A stretch of 64,000 nt of DNA from IMG/VR virus record IMGVR_UViG_3300021256_003716. One strand, written 5' to 3'. A model generated the notes under the pieces. It was not told the DNA's origin. It did no database searches and worked only from the letters and a program-made list of their open reading frames with translations. The translations under genes were made by a program, and so were the position numbers. Positions 29,674-39,059 of the stretch are shown here, one piece after another (positions within the stretch are counted from its first letter, which is position 1; each line of letters begins with the position of its first letter). Source of the DNA: an uncultured virus (IMG/VR IMGVR_UViG_3300021256_003716) (Duplodnaviria > Heunggongvirae > Uroviricota > Caudoviricetes).

Positions 29674-30465
29674 ATGAAGATTGAAGATGTTAAGAAAGTT
29701 CGTGAAATTACAGGCGCAGGCCTTTCTGATTGTAAAACTGCTTTGGAAAAAGCAAATGGCAATGTAGATGAAGCAGTTAAGGTTCTTCAGAAAGAAGGCC
29801 TTGCAGCATCAAATGCTCGTGCACAGCGAGCTACTTCAGAAGGTCGTATTTTTACTCATGTTGAAGATAATGTTGTTACAATGTATGCAGTTAAATGTGA
29901 AACTGACTTTGTAGCTAATAGTGAGGATTTTAAGAATATTGGAAAATGCGTTGATGATGGTGAAACTCTTGGAGCTGTAATTGATAGACTTAAAATTTCT
30001 ATGCGTGAAAATATTCAGCCAGGAAATTTTGTCAAAGTTCCTTTTGACTTAAATGATATTGGCTCAACCTATATTCACTCAGATGGTAAGTCAGGTGCGG
30101 TAGTTCTTATTGAAGGAGTAGATCCTGCTAAAGTAGAAAGTGCAAAGGTTTTTGCTCATGATGTTTGTTTGCATATGGTAGCATTTAATCCACTGTATAT
30201 TTCAGTAGATGATGTTTCCCCTTCTGTTGTTAGTGAAAAACGCGAAATTTTTGCAGCTCAGATGGATAACGATCCAAAAATGACAAATAAGCCAGAAAAT
30301 GTAAAAGCTGGAATTCTTCAGGGTAAACTTAAAAAAGCTATTTCAGAACTTTGTTTGCTTAGCCAGCCATTTGTAAAGGATGATAAAAATACAACATCTT
30401 ATGTACTAGCTCGTGAGTGTGGACCTAATGCAAAAATTAGAGAAGCTAAACTTATTCAGCTTTAA
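29674..30465 (+). CDS. tsf: Translation elongation factor Ts
   Basis: VKKVREITGAGLSDCKTAL, CETDFVA, YIH, LHMVAFNP, KPENV..GK. Confidence 0.95.
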   Translation: MKIEDVKKVREITGAGLSDCKTALEKANGNVDEAVKVLQKEGLAASNARAQRATSEGRIFTHVEDNVVTMYAVKCETDFVANSEDFKNIGKCVDDGETLGAVIDRLKISMRENIQPGNFVKVPFDLNDIGSTYIHSDGKSGAVVLIEGVDPAKVESAKVFAHDVCLHMVAFNPLYISVDDVSPSVVSEKREIFAAQMDNDPKMTNKPENVKAGILQGKLKKAISELCLLSQPFVKDDKNTTSYVLARECGPNAKIREAKLIQL

Positions 30466-30481
30466 TATTTAAGGAAATACT

Positions 30482-31552
30482 ATGGATAGCAGAGACGATT
30501 CAAAAAAGTGTTTGGAACTCTGGAGAAAACATCTAGAAGCTCAATATGATTATCCAAGCACTGAGTTTAGTAATGGATTTGAAAGTGGGCTTCGTCAAGC
30601 TAACGAAGAAATTGCTGCGTTACGTAAAGAAAATTATGAGTTACGTCAAAAAGGTACTTGTCAGCGATTGGAAAATGAAATTCTGCGTCTTAAAGATACT
30701 TTGCGTACATATAGAAATACTGAATACTTAGAAGACCATAATAAATGCTTAAAATGTAAAAATTTTAGAAATTGTTTTAAGGAAGACCCTTCTGAGAGAA
30801 GTGGCTGTCCTTATTATGATAATTATTGTGATGGTGACCATATCCATAGTATTTTTTCTCCGAAGTTTGAAGAAAATCCGGACTATACGCCTACGTTATA
30901 TAAGGGATATACTGGATGGAGTCAGGGTGAAGAAATTAACCTTAGCGGTGATAGGCCTATTATGTATAATGACATGTTAAAACGCTTTAATGAGTTTATA
31001 CATTATTTTTATTCACCAAATAGCTGTATTTCCATTATTGCTAGGGTTGATAATAATAAAACTTCTGTTACTGAACAGGAATTTTTATTTGTTGGAGATG
31101 ATTATAAATATAAAAACAAAGGCTTTGGTATTCTTAATGAGGATAGAAGTAAAGCAGTAGCAAATTTTAAGAGCCGTGAAAAACTTAAAAAAGAAAGTAC
31201 AAAGTATGACGCAAAGTATGCTTGCAAAGGAAGAGATAAACCTTGGTGGGAAGCTCGTGCGGAAGAACATACTGTTCATCCTATAAAAAATGCTATTGAA
31301 GCAAAGAAAAAAGAAAATAGGAAACTAATACCAGAAGGTACAGAAACTATATTTGCAGATATAAATTGTCATACACATACTGATCTTACTGAAGGTGTAG
31401 TATATTGTAATAGCTTTAATCCTTCAGACGAAGCTAAAGTAAAGTTTTTCTGGGACAATCCTATTGATTATGATTGTACAGCATTTAATAAAGATGGTGA
31501 TATTCTGGGAGACAATCAACCAGATACTGATGATATAAATAAAGGAGAATAA
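30482..31552 (+). CDS. Hypothetical protein
   Basis: 356 aa ORF. Confidence 0.75.
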   Translation: MDSRDDSKKCLELWRKHLEAQYDYPSTEFSNGFESGLRQANEEIAALRKENYELRQKGTCQRLENEILRLKDTLRTYRNTEYLEDHNKCLKCKNFRNCFKEDPSERSGCPYYDNYCDGDHIHSIFSPKFEENPDYTPTLYKGYTGWSQGEEINLSGDRPIMYNDMLKRFNEFIHYFYSPNSCISIIARVDNNKTSVTEQEFLFVGDDYKYKNKGFGILNEDRSKAVANFKSREKLKKESTKYDAKYACKGRDKPWWEARAEEHTVHPIKNAIEAKKKENRKLIPEGTETIFADINCHTHTDLTEGVVYCNSFNPSDEAKVKFFWDNPIDYDCTAFNKDGDILGDNQPDTDDINKGE

Positions 31553-31554
31553 TT

Positions 31555-32456
31555 GTGGAAAAATTTTATATTTATGAAACAGGTGCAACTGTTTTTGGTG
31601 TTAAAGATGGCGTTGTAACAGAGTATTCTAAACACGAAAGCCCAAAAGTATGTGATGAGCAAGATACAAAAGTTATTCTTGAAGATATTGATAAAGGTAT
31701 AATGAAGTCAGTTTCATCAGTTAAGGATGGCTTTGGTAGGCTTAATCAGATTGAAGTCTTAGATGATATTTTTTAGGGACTAATTTATATTATGAAGCAA
31801 ATTACAGCAGAGTTTAAAAAGAGACTGTCAGACCGTCTTAATACAATTATAAAGAATAATGAGCAACTTATACTTACACATAAAAATGGCGTAAAAGAAG
31901 AGCTTATTGTGGGACGCTCAAGAGATAGTATTTATATTTATAATAATGATGCAGATCTTATCACTGCTTTTGAAATTGAAGGTGGGAATGGCGCTTATGA
32001 GCTAAATCTCAAAAATGCTTCAATTTGGCTTTATAAAGCTGCATATTTAGATCAACTAGTTTCTGATAAATAGATTTAGTATGTATGAATAATAAAAAAG
32101 AACCAAAAATATTTAAAAAAGGTACAAAAATAGATTTTAATTTTACACATGTTCCAGAATGGGGGCGAGGCGTTCCAAGATGCTTATTAGGTAAAGGATA
32201 TTTTTGTATTGGAAATGAAGAATCTGTTAAAGGCTGGTATGAAATTAAAGGTAATATAGATTACTATTTTGATGATAAATGGAAAGGAAAGATACCATTT
32301 AAGGGTTCATTTCAGCTAATAGAAACTCAAGCAGATATTTTTATTGAGACATTTAGTGGGTATAGTTGGCATTTTATAGAACATCATAATTTTGACCAAT
32401 CAGAATACCCTTTTGAAATATGTACTTTTGATACGCATATTTCAGCTATTCAATAA
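31555..32456 (+). CDS. Three small hypothetical ORFs (31555-31776, 31792-32073, 32085-32456)
   Basis: ORF track, tandem. Confidence 0.6.
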
Positions 32457-32541
32457 TTTTAAGGATTTTATTAGTATTGTTAATTTAATATTAATTGAAT
32501 TAAGTAAAAATAACTAATTTAAATATGTAAGTTTAGTTTTT

Positions 32542-32572
32542 TATACTTATAACTAACTAATTACATATAATA
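32542..32572 (+). promoter_or_regulatory. Putative phage promoter (TATACT-N~15-ACATAT[A/T]AT class) upstream of leader C
   Basis: The motif recurs more than 12 times at the starts of transcription units. Confidence 0.65.
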
Positions 32573-32621
32573 AATGTAGCTTGTGTGGCTACTTAAGAAT
32601 TTTTAATAGGAGTCAAAGAAT

Positions 32622-32735
32622 ATGACTAGAAACGTTAGTTTATTACAGTTTAGTTTTCTCAGCCAGATGCACTTTAGCTTGCATCAGTTCTTTATGCTCT
32701 TATGTGAAGGGGCTAATCGGAATAGTATTAAGTGA
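32622..32735 (+). CDS. Attenuator leader peptide C (37 aa)
   Basis: AGGAG RBS; MTRNVSLLQFSFLSQMHFSLHQFFMLLCEGANRNSIK. Confidence 0.85.
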   Translation: MTRNVSLLQFSFLSQMHFSLHQFFMLLCEGANRNSIK

Positions 32736-32774
32736 TTTTTAGATTTATAAGAACAGTTAATAGATTTTGATTAA

Positions 32775-32809
32775 AGCCCTTTCAGGAAAGATTCTTGAAA
32801 GGGTTTTTT
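32775..32809 (+). terminator. Attenuator C terminator
   Basis: AGCCCTTTCAGGAA-AGA-TTCTTGAAAGGGTT plus T tract. Antiterminator strand at 32705-32723. Confidence 0.85.
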
Positions 32810-32815
32810 ATTTTT

Positions 32816-32889
32816 GCTGAGGTAGCAAAGTAGGTCAACTGCAGCGGACTGAAAATCCGCCGATGTGAGTTCGATTCTCACCCTCAGCA
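32816..32889 (+). tRNA. tRNA-Phe(GAA)
   Basis: GCGGA-CTGAAAA-TCCGC. Confidence 0.9.
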
Positions 32890-33009
32890 TAGCCTATATA
32901 CGAATGTGAAACACCGAGTAGGATATAGGTACAGATTGATGATAAATCGCGGTACAAGAACCATAGGAGCCGCTTAAAAAATGTCCCGAGGTAGGAGTGT
33001 TTCAATTAA

Positions 33010-33091
33010 GGGTTCGTGGCGGAACTGGTATACGCATCCGGCTTAAGACCGGACGCCGTAAGGATTGAGAGTTCGATTCTCTCCGGGCCCA
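33010..33091 (+). tRNA. tRNA-Leu(TAA)
   Basis: TCCGG-CTTAAGA-CCGGA. Confidence 0.9.
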
Positions 33092-33239
33092 AGAGGAAGA
33101 TAATGATGTTTGGTTCGACTCCAAATTTAAGTTGGTCAAGTCAGAGCTCTTTCATGATAAAGCTTATTTTAAGTTGAAGCTTTCAAAACTCTAAAGTCGT
33201 GTACAAGGCTGAGTTACTTTAGTAGATTTAAAAATTTAT

Positions 33240-33312
33240 CCAGACTTAGCGCAATTGGCAGCGCCGCTCGCTGAAGACGAGATGGTTCTAGGTTCGAGTC
33301 CTAGAGTCTGGG
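33240..33312 (+). tRNA. tRNA-Phe(GAA)
   Basis: CCAGACT/AGTCTGG; loop CTGAAGA. Confidence 0.85.
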
Positions 33313-33313
33313 C

Positions 33314-33388
33314 TAAAGAAATGCTGTAGTATAAGAGATACTTAGACTTAAAATCCAAAATACTCTTATTCAATTTTTGCTTTCTTTA
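33314..33388 (+). ncRNA. Y-RNA-like repeat, copy 5 (minimal)
   Basis: Conserved stem with an anticodon-loop-like insert GA-CTTAAAA-TC. Confidence 0.6.
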
Positions 33389-33393
33389 TTTAT

Positions 33394-33468
33394 GGTGACA
33401 TTAGCTCAGCTGGTAGTAGCGGAAGATTGTGGATCTTCAGGTCCTGGGTTCAAACCCCAGATGTTACC
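33394..33468 (+). tRNA. tRNA-His(GTG)
   Basis: G-1:C73; GAAGA-TTGTGGA-TCTTC. Confidence 0.9.
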
Positions 33469-33472
33469 CGTC

Positions 33473-33619
33473 CAAAAATATGCTGTAGAAGAAGACTTAC
33501 TTAGGTAATGATATCTTTTGAAACAGGAAAATCTAATTGGTTCAAATCCAATAAGGGTAAGTGGTTACTGATACCCTTAAAGTGACAAAATAAAGTTTTC
33601 TTCATTTTTGCTATTTTTG
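33473..33619 (+). ncRNA. Y-RNA-like repeat, copy 6
   Basis: Conserved stem; T arm followed by a closed 7-bp AAGGGTA/TACCCTT stem. Confidence 0.65.
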
Positions 33620-33624
33620 TTTTT

Positions 33625-33709
33625 CGGGATATAGCCGAATTGGTATAGGCGACAGGTTGAGGTCCTGTGGGCTGAAAAGCTCGTGGAGGTTCGAGTCCTC
33701 TTATCCCGA
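33625..33709 (+). tRNA. tRNA-Leu(GAG)
   Basis: ACAGG-TTGAGGT-CCTGT. Confidence 0.9.
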
Positions 33710-33710
33710 C

Positions 33711-33783
33711 TGTACAGGTAGAACAATGGCTAGTTCAGAGGTCTGTGGAACCTCCTATGCGGGTTCGATTCCCGTCCTGCACA
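33711..33783 (+). tRNA. tRNA-His(GTG)
   Basis: GAGGT-CTGTGGA-ACCTC. Confidence 0.8.
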
Positions 33784-33906
33784 TTAAAAGGAGCTTTACG
33801 AGTTTACGTGTGCGGAGCCAGAACCAGAAAAGCGGGCGACAGCATTGTGCTAACCTGCTGAATGACTAAGCCAGACTAGAAGGGCTCTGGGAAGCTTCTT
33901 ATTTAT

Positions 33907-33990
33907 GCGAGTGTGGCGAAATTGGTAAACGCAGCATCCTCAAAAGATGCCGTCCGAAAGGACTTGTCGGTTCGAGTCCGACCATTCGCA
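33907..33990 (+). tRNA. tRNA-Leu(CAA)
   Basis: GCATC-CTCAAAA-GATGC. Confidence 0.9.
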
Positions 33991-33998
33991 CTATTTAC

Positions 33999-34072
33999 TG
34001 CTCCATAGCTTAATCAGGTAAAGCAACGCGTTCTGACCGCGGAGAGTCTGGGTTCGAATCCTAGTGGAACAA
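33999..34072 (+). tRNA. tRNA-Gln(CTG)
   Basis: Loop TTCTGAC, canonical D and T arms. Confidence 0.8.
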
Positions 34073-34122
34073 TATAAGTTTTTTACTTATAAAAACTTAG
34101 ATACATATAATATATAATAATT

Positions 34123-34197
34123 TGCAGAGTTAGCTTAGTTGGTTAGAGCATCCGGCTCATATCCGGACGGTCACTGGTTCGAATCCAGTACTCTGCA
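34123..34197 (+). tRNA. tRNA-Met(CAT) (or lysidine-type Ile2)
   Basis: TCCGG-CTCATAT-CCGGA. Confidence 0.85.
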
Positions 34198-34437
34198 TAA
34201 AACTTAAGCTGAATAAGTAAGTTGTGATGAGTTAGTGACCGTGATTACATAGAAGGATGAGCTTTTTCAGAAAAGAAAACGAGTATCAGCGTTTCCGTTT
34301 GGAGCTTATGTACAGAGCTCTATATAAAGTATGATTTAGCAATAGTGTTCCTCGCGGAATCTTAAAAAGGGTAATGTGCAAGCAAAAGAAAATTCAGAAC
34401 GAAGTGGCTTTTAAAGAAGCTGAGTAGGCATGTTTAT

Positions 34438-34509
34438 TCCTCCGTGGTGTAATGGGTAGCACCAGGCACTCTGGATGCTTTAGTCTGGGTTCGAATCCTG
34501 GCGGAGGAA
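34438..34509 (+). tRNA. tRNA-Gln(CTG)
   Basis: TCCTCCG/CGGAGGA; loop CTCTGGA. Confidence 0.9.
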
Positions 34510-34688
34510 CTTTTTCGGGGAAGTTCCGAAGTGCAGAACGTTGTCTTACTTTATGGAAGGTTTGCGACCTGAAAAGATGATATGAAAGCAAGTATCACAT
34601 TCCAATAAAGGAAAAAACCGCGTGACAACAATACCAGTGACCATGCAGAATGATGTTGAGCTGGTAAACTTTTTAGAAAGGTATATGA

Positions 34689-34955
34689 ATGAGTAAAAAA
34701 CTAAAATTTACGGGTGGTGTAACACCCAGAGGTTTTGAAACAATTCATTTTGATGATCTTTATGGTCAGAAGTGTAGGATTCAAAAATCTTCATTAGCAA
34801 CAGAGGAAGCTTGGTGGATTGGAATAGAAAATTCTGGTCCTAATATTAAAGGTCCTAAAGGTGATTATAATGAAGAAGTAAATGATTTAATGCATCTTTC
34901 TAAAAAACAAATTAGAAATTTAATTGATAAGCTAGAAGAAATTATAGCTGATTAA
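34689..34955 (+). CDS. Hypothetical phage protein
   Basis: TPRGF..F.DLYG..C.IQKSSLATE..WIG..MHLS. Confidence 0.7.
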   Translation: MSKKLKFTGGVTPRGFETIHFDDLYGQKCRIQKSSLATEEAWWIGIENSGPNIKGPKGDYNEEVNDLMHLSKKQIRNLIDKLEEIIAD

Positions 34956-34964
34956 GTTATATAA

Positions 34965-35052
34965 GGAGGTGTGGCCCAGAGGCTACGGCAGGGGATTGCT
35001 AATCCCCCGGTTGGGGTAACCCGCCACGCGAGTTCGAATCTCGCCGCCTCCG
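34965..35052 (+). tRNA. tRNA-Ser(GCT)
   Basis: GGGGA-TTGCTAA-TCCCC, long variable arm, G73. Confidence 0.9.
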
Positions 35053-35367
35053 TACTTTTGCCAGTTTCTTAAAACTGGTGGGAATCCCAGGTATTAGATA
35101 AAATCTATACTAAGTCGTCTACCTCCAGCGACAATAAATAATTGGGGGTAGCATTTTTAGGGGTGAATTTATGTCTAGCTGTGATAATTGTAACCATAAC
35201 TGGCTTTGTGCAAGTGATGCTTGGACAGGACATATTTGTAATATATATGGCTATGAAATAGAAAAAATACCTTTAGAAAAGAGAAAGGCTGTATTTAAGA
35301 ATTGTAAATATGCAAAGCTAAAAGTAAATAAAGGTGATAAAAAATAGCCTTTTGGAGGTTCTCAGAT

Positions 35368-35622
35368 ATGGGAAAGAAAACTAAATGGGTTCTGTGTTTA
35401 ACACGCACAGATGTCGTAGTTGGAACAATTGGAGCGGTTATTAGCTCATTTTTTTATGTATTGGGTCTTTTATTTTATTTCTGTAACAGTACTGTAATAA
35501 GTTTTATTTCATTTATGTCAGCTTTGTCTGTATTAGTTTTACTTTTGGTATATTTTATAATTGGAGAAATAAATCTTAGAATTGCGGACAAGAAAAATAA
35601 ACCCAAAGAAAAGATTGTGTAG
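35368..35622 (+). CDS. Hypothetical membrane protein
   Basis: GGAGG RBS; two hydrophobic segments. Confidence 0.65.
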   Translation: MGKKTKWVLCLTRTDVVVGTIGAVISSFFYVLGLLFYFCNSTVISFISFMSALSVLVLLLVYFIIGEINLRIADKKNKPKEKIV

Positions 35623-36375
35623 TTAATATAAAATTACGAATTGGTTTTAATAATATTGTCTAGTTTGGTATTTTAGGAAGGTATCGATATTCCCGTAAGT
35701 TATCGTTTAAATGGGTGAAATGCTGTGGAGCTATAGCCTTCCTTTACTTGTGACCGTGCCAAGTATAAAAGTACGTACGGCGGCACTAAGCAGTCTGCCA
35801 TAGAAGTGACTGTGAGACCTTCGGCAGTTAAGTCGGAAAAGTCCATAGTAATATGGTTAAGCTGCCAATTTTATTGGAGAAATATTTTGGTAGACTTAAC
35901 AACGCTTCCAAATCAGATTGGATGTTATACAAGACGAAGCCCAAAATCTAATGCTTGGATAAATGGTAATATGATTGTTCTAATTACGGATCATAGTGTT
36001 AGCTTTGGAACAGCAATCCCAGTCGGAGCTTGTTTTAGAAAAGCGGAAGTTTCTTCAAATGAAGAAGCTATCGCTGAAGTTAAAAAAGGCTGGAAAAAGA
36101 AAAAGTAATTTTATACTTGCTTTGAATTAAAAACATATAATATATGTAAGTCTTTTCGAAGATAACAGACTAAGAACCAGGTTAAAAACCTGGCATCTCG
36201 CTGGTCGGGGTGGTGAGTGCTACGCTTAGAGGTCAACTGCGAAAATAGAAAAGCCGCTTTAAGTAGAAGCGCCCTAATATAGGGGTCTTTAATGGAATAC
36301 CAGAAATCCTACTTCGTGCTTATATAGGAAGATGATTAAGCTTCGTTAAGGTTGACAGCCATAAAACTTCCATTT

Positions 36376-36476
36376 GGGAAATCAAGCAACATCGGCGATT
36401 GTTATCTATCCGTTAAGGATAGAGGAGTAAGTCCCCGCAAGGGCGTCTATGTTGGTTCGACTCCAATATTTCCCTC
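36376..36476 (+). ncRNA. tRNA-like RNA (7-bp anticodon stem, GTTAA loop)
   Basis: GGGAAAT/ATTTCCC; TCTATCC/GGATAGA; T arm. Confidence 0.5.
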
Positions 36477-36623
36477 TGGGTGCAGCAGCGTCTTGGATAG
36501 CACGTTATTAGGACTAACCTAATTGCACAAAGGAGTTAGCCAGGGGACATAGTAATATGCCTCGTTCTAAGACTAGTGTACTGGGCGGGTTTGGGCTGAT
36601 GGAAGGTACACATTTTAATACGT

Positions 36624-36698
36624 AGCGGGCGAGTGAAACGGAATTATCATGCCGGGCTCATATCCCGGTGATACTAGGTTCGACTCCTAGGTCCGCCA
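36624..36698 (+). tRNA. Initiator-type tRNA-fMet(CAT)
   Basis: 1:72 mismatch and GGG/CCC in the anticodon stem. Confidence 0.8.
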
Positions 36699-36759
36699 AA
36701 TCAGAGAGTTGCAAATTTCTGAGAGTAGATTTAGTATTCTAGATGCTAAGTTGAAAGTT

Positions 36760-36833
36760 TATTCCGTATGCCAATGGTAGAGCAGCGGCCCGTTTGTGCC
36801 GTGGATATGTGAGGTCAAGACTCATCGGAATAA
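36760..36833 (+). ncRNA. tRNA-like RNA with an 8-nt loop
   Basis: TATTCCG/CGGAATA; GCGGC-CCGTTTGT-GCCGT. Confidence 0.45.
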
Positions 36834-37148
36834 TTACTAGTGGGTATTGTGGAACCTTAAATCCACCGGGACGAAAGTCTGAAAGTACCTTAAGTTAGAA
36901 ACAATGTAGTACTTAAGTTGTTTTTAGCGAGCCTTAAGTGGCAGCCGGAAGGTGGTACATGGCCTAAAGTAACTTGGATAGGATCATATCTGAAAATGAT
37001 ATGACAGGTTCTCCAAGGTAGGAAGGGCGCGCGGGTAACCAGTGTCATCAGGGAGGTTACAGGGAGCGGGACGCTGACTAAACGATGAATATGAGAGACC
37101 GCCCAGGCAGTAGGCCTAACCGGCTAAAGTCAGCATTTTTTATTTTAC

Positions 37149-37292
37149 GGGGAGTCTGGTAACTAATCGGTAAGTTACGGCTAGATGTAAACTAGCTGCT
37201 CGTTTCATGCATAATGATGGCCTAAAAGCATGTTGAAGTTTAGTTACGCGTATTAAACAAGAGCTTTGCGTGTTCGACTCCGTGGCTCCCCA
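37149..37292 (+). ncRNA. tRNA-like RNA with a GTA loop and very long variable arm
   Basis: GGGGAGT/GCTCCCC; 6-bp D stem; GCTAG-ATGTAAA-CTAGC. Confidence 0.55.
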
Positions 37293-37389
37293 CTATTAAC
37301 GTTTTAGTTATTATCGTAAAATAATTTGGCGGTGGGGAAGTGCTTTGCACCCCTCTGTTCGGCTTAAAGAACTGAAACTTAAGCAATTG

Positions 37390-37975
37390 AACAAGAAAAA
37401 GTTCTAAAAATCCGTCGGAAATTTTAAGGTGGCGTGAATACCTTAGATCAAGTCTATCGCGTTAAAATTATTAGTAAAAAGTAGAGGTGCGAATCCTCGG
37501 TCGCTCTGTAAAGGGCCACCAAGTCTAAGTCATAACTTAATGTAAAAGACTTTCTAATGTTAGTTACCAGTGGAAAGCTGGCTGCGAGCGAGTTTGATGA
37601 TTTTTGTGGCAACGAGTTTATGGATAAATAAGCGAAAGCTGAATAAAATAGTTCATAGTACCAGCGATGCCAGATATAGCTCAGATAACATACCATATAA
37701 ATCGACTTCGTGTGCGTGTTGGTAATAAAGTTAAGAGCAGCACACTCTTAATGTGCGTGTCGGTGCAAGTTGTTAAGCATCTAACTGGAATCGGTAAAAG
37801 CTCAGAGTCTGTAGCACTAGAAACAATGAGCATGAATGCCAAATAACGGTTCGAAACTAATCCACAATTTTTAGTTTCATTGATAGTTTTACCAATATGC
37901 TACTAGGAAGCTTAAAAGTGCCGATGTGGAGTCAGGCGTTGATATTTAAGCAAAAGAAAAACTACAGGAAAGGTT
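37390..37975 (+). ncRNA. ROOL-like large RNA
   Basis: About 580 nt with GAGGTGCGAATCCTC, TATAGCTCAGATAAC and AAAGCTCAGA..GTAGCAC segments recalled from ROOL. tRNA-island context. Boundaries approximate. Confidence 0.55.
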
Positions 37976-38596
37976 AAATTTATATAGGGACGATAAAGTC
38001 CCTTATTTTGGAATAAGTCGTAACGAGTATTTCTTGTGCAAATAAGACCTCCATTGTGAAAAAAGACTGCTGTATTATATGAGTCATTTGGCCGTAATAC
38101 GGAGTTGGTTAGCCGAGCTGAAATTGATGCATCGAGTAAGCTCAGAGAAAGGATAAGACAAAGTGCATAGTCGTCTAAATGGGAGGGCGCACTCTGAAAG
38201 AGGAGTGAATATGGGTTCGAATCCCATTTATGCTTTGAAGCGCCAGAAAATAACGGACCAAGTGTTAAGTATAGGTCTGGTAGACCGTATAAAGTGCCCG
38301 CTTGGATAGCGGCCGTGACGAGAAGGCTGGGACCTATAACGCCTCATTAGCTTGTTAAACTAAAAGACGCTATACGAGTTGTATATTAGGGTGATTGCAA
38401 CACGAGAGGGTGAAGCTTAAGCCACAAAAATCCCTAATTTTTAAAAGCTGTGTGAGACGAGGAAGTTCCTCTCAATAGCCACAGTAGCTAGCTCGGCTAG
38501 TGGAGCCCCAATTTTTGGGGCGTTATTGTTAATATAAAATTATTAGAATTTTTGAGAAAATACTAATTAAATATAAATTTTAATAAGGAGACGAAA

Positions 38597-38689
38597 ATGG
38601 TAATACGTAGCAGACAAATTCAACAAATAATACGTCAAAATTGTACATATACTAGTTCGTCTTTAATTTTTAAAGTGGTTAAGAAGTAA
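38597..38689 (+). CDS. Attenuator leader peptide D (30 aa)
   Basis: AAGGAG RBS; MVIRSRQIQQIIRQNCTYTSSSLIFKVVKK, with ATA x3 and CAA x4. Confidence 0.75.
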   Translation: MVIRSRQIQQIIRQNCTYTSSSLIFKVVKK

Positions 38690-38721
38690 TCAATTAAAAA
38701 TAATAAAAATATTTTATCATA

Positions 38722-38752
38722 GGCGAACTAGAAATAGTTCGCCATTTTTTTT
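38722..38752 (+). terminator. Attenuator D terminator
   Basis: GGCGAACTA-GAAA-TAGTTCGCC-A-T8. Antiterminator strand at 38652-38662. Confidence 0.8.
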
Positions 38753-38765
38753 GGAAAATTTAATT

Positions 38766-39056
38766 ATGAAATATGATAGATATGCAAAACCTACAAAACC
38801 TTTTATGGTAATACATTATGGAACATCAACTTATAAGGTATTCAAAAGTCTAGAAAGGGCAACAGATTTTGCTATAAAATATTCCAAAAAAGTGCGAGAC
38901 TTTGTTTATTTAACAGAGCCAGTTTTGAAAAGTGATGGTTATAGGTGTGTAATTAAGGAAACCTATAAAGACGGAATATTTATTGATGCAAGTAAAGGTG
39001 CAATTTTATTACATTATATCTTTTATTATTTTGCATCAAAAAAGGGAAAGGAATAA
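38766..39056 (+). CDS. Hypothetical protein
   Basis: ORF track. Confidence 0.6.
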   Translation: MKYDRYAKPTKPFMVIHYGTSTYKVFKSLERATDFAIKYSKKVRDFVYLTEPVLKSDGYRCVIKETYKDGIFIDASKGAILLHYIFYYFASKKGKE

Positions 39057-39059
39057 TAT

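Noticed and set aside
1138..33619. TGCTGTA..TACTTAG repeats as a CRISPR array or T-box riboswitches
   Set aside because: They are dispersed with no regular spacers, and lack the T-box TGGNACC antiterminator and AG/GNUG boxes.
36840..37135. RNase P RNA or tmRNA
   Set aside because: Only a loose GAAAGTC similarity. There are no convincing P4 partner strands and no tmRNA termini or tag ORF.
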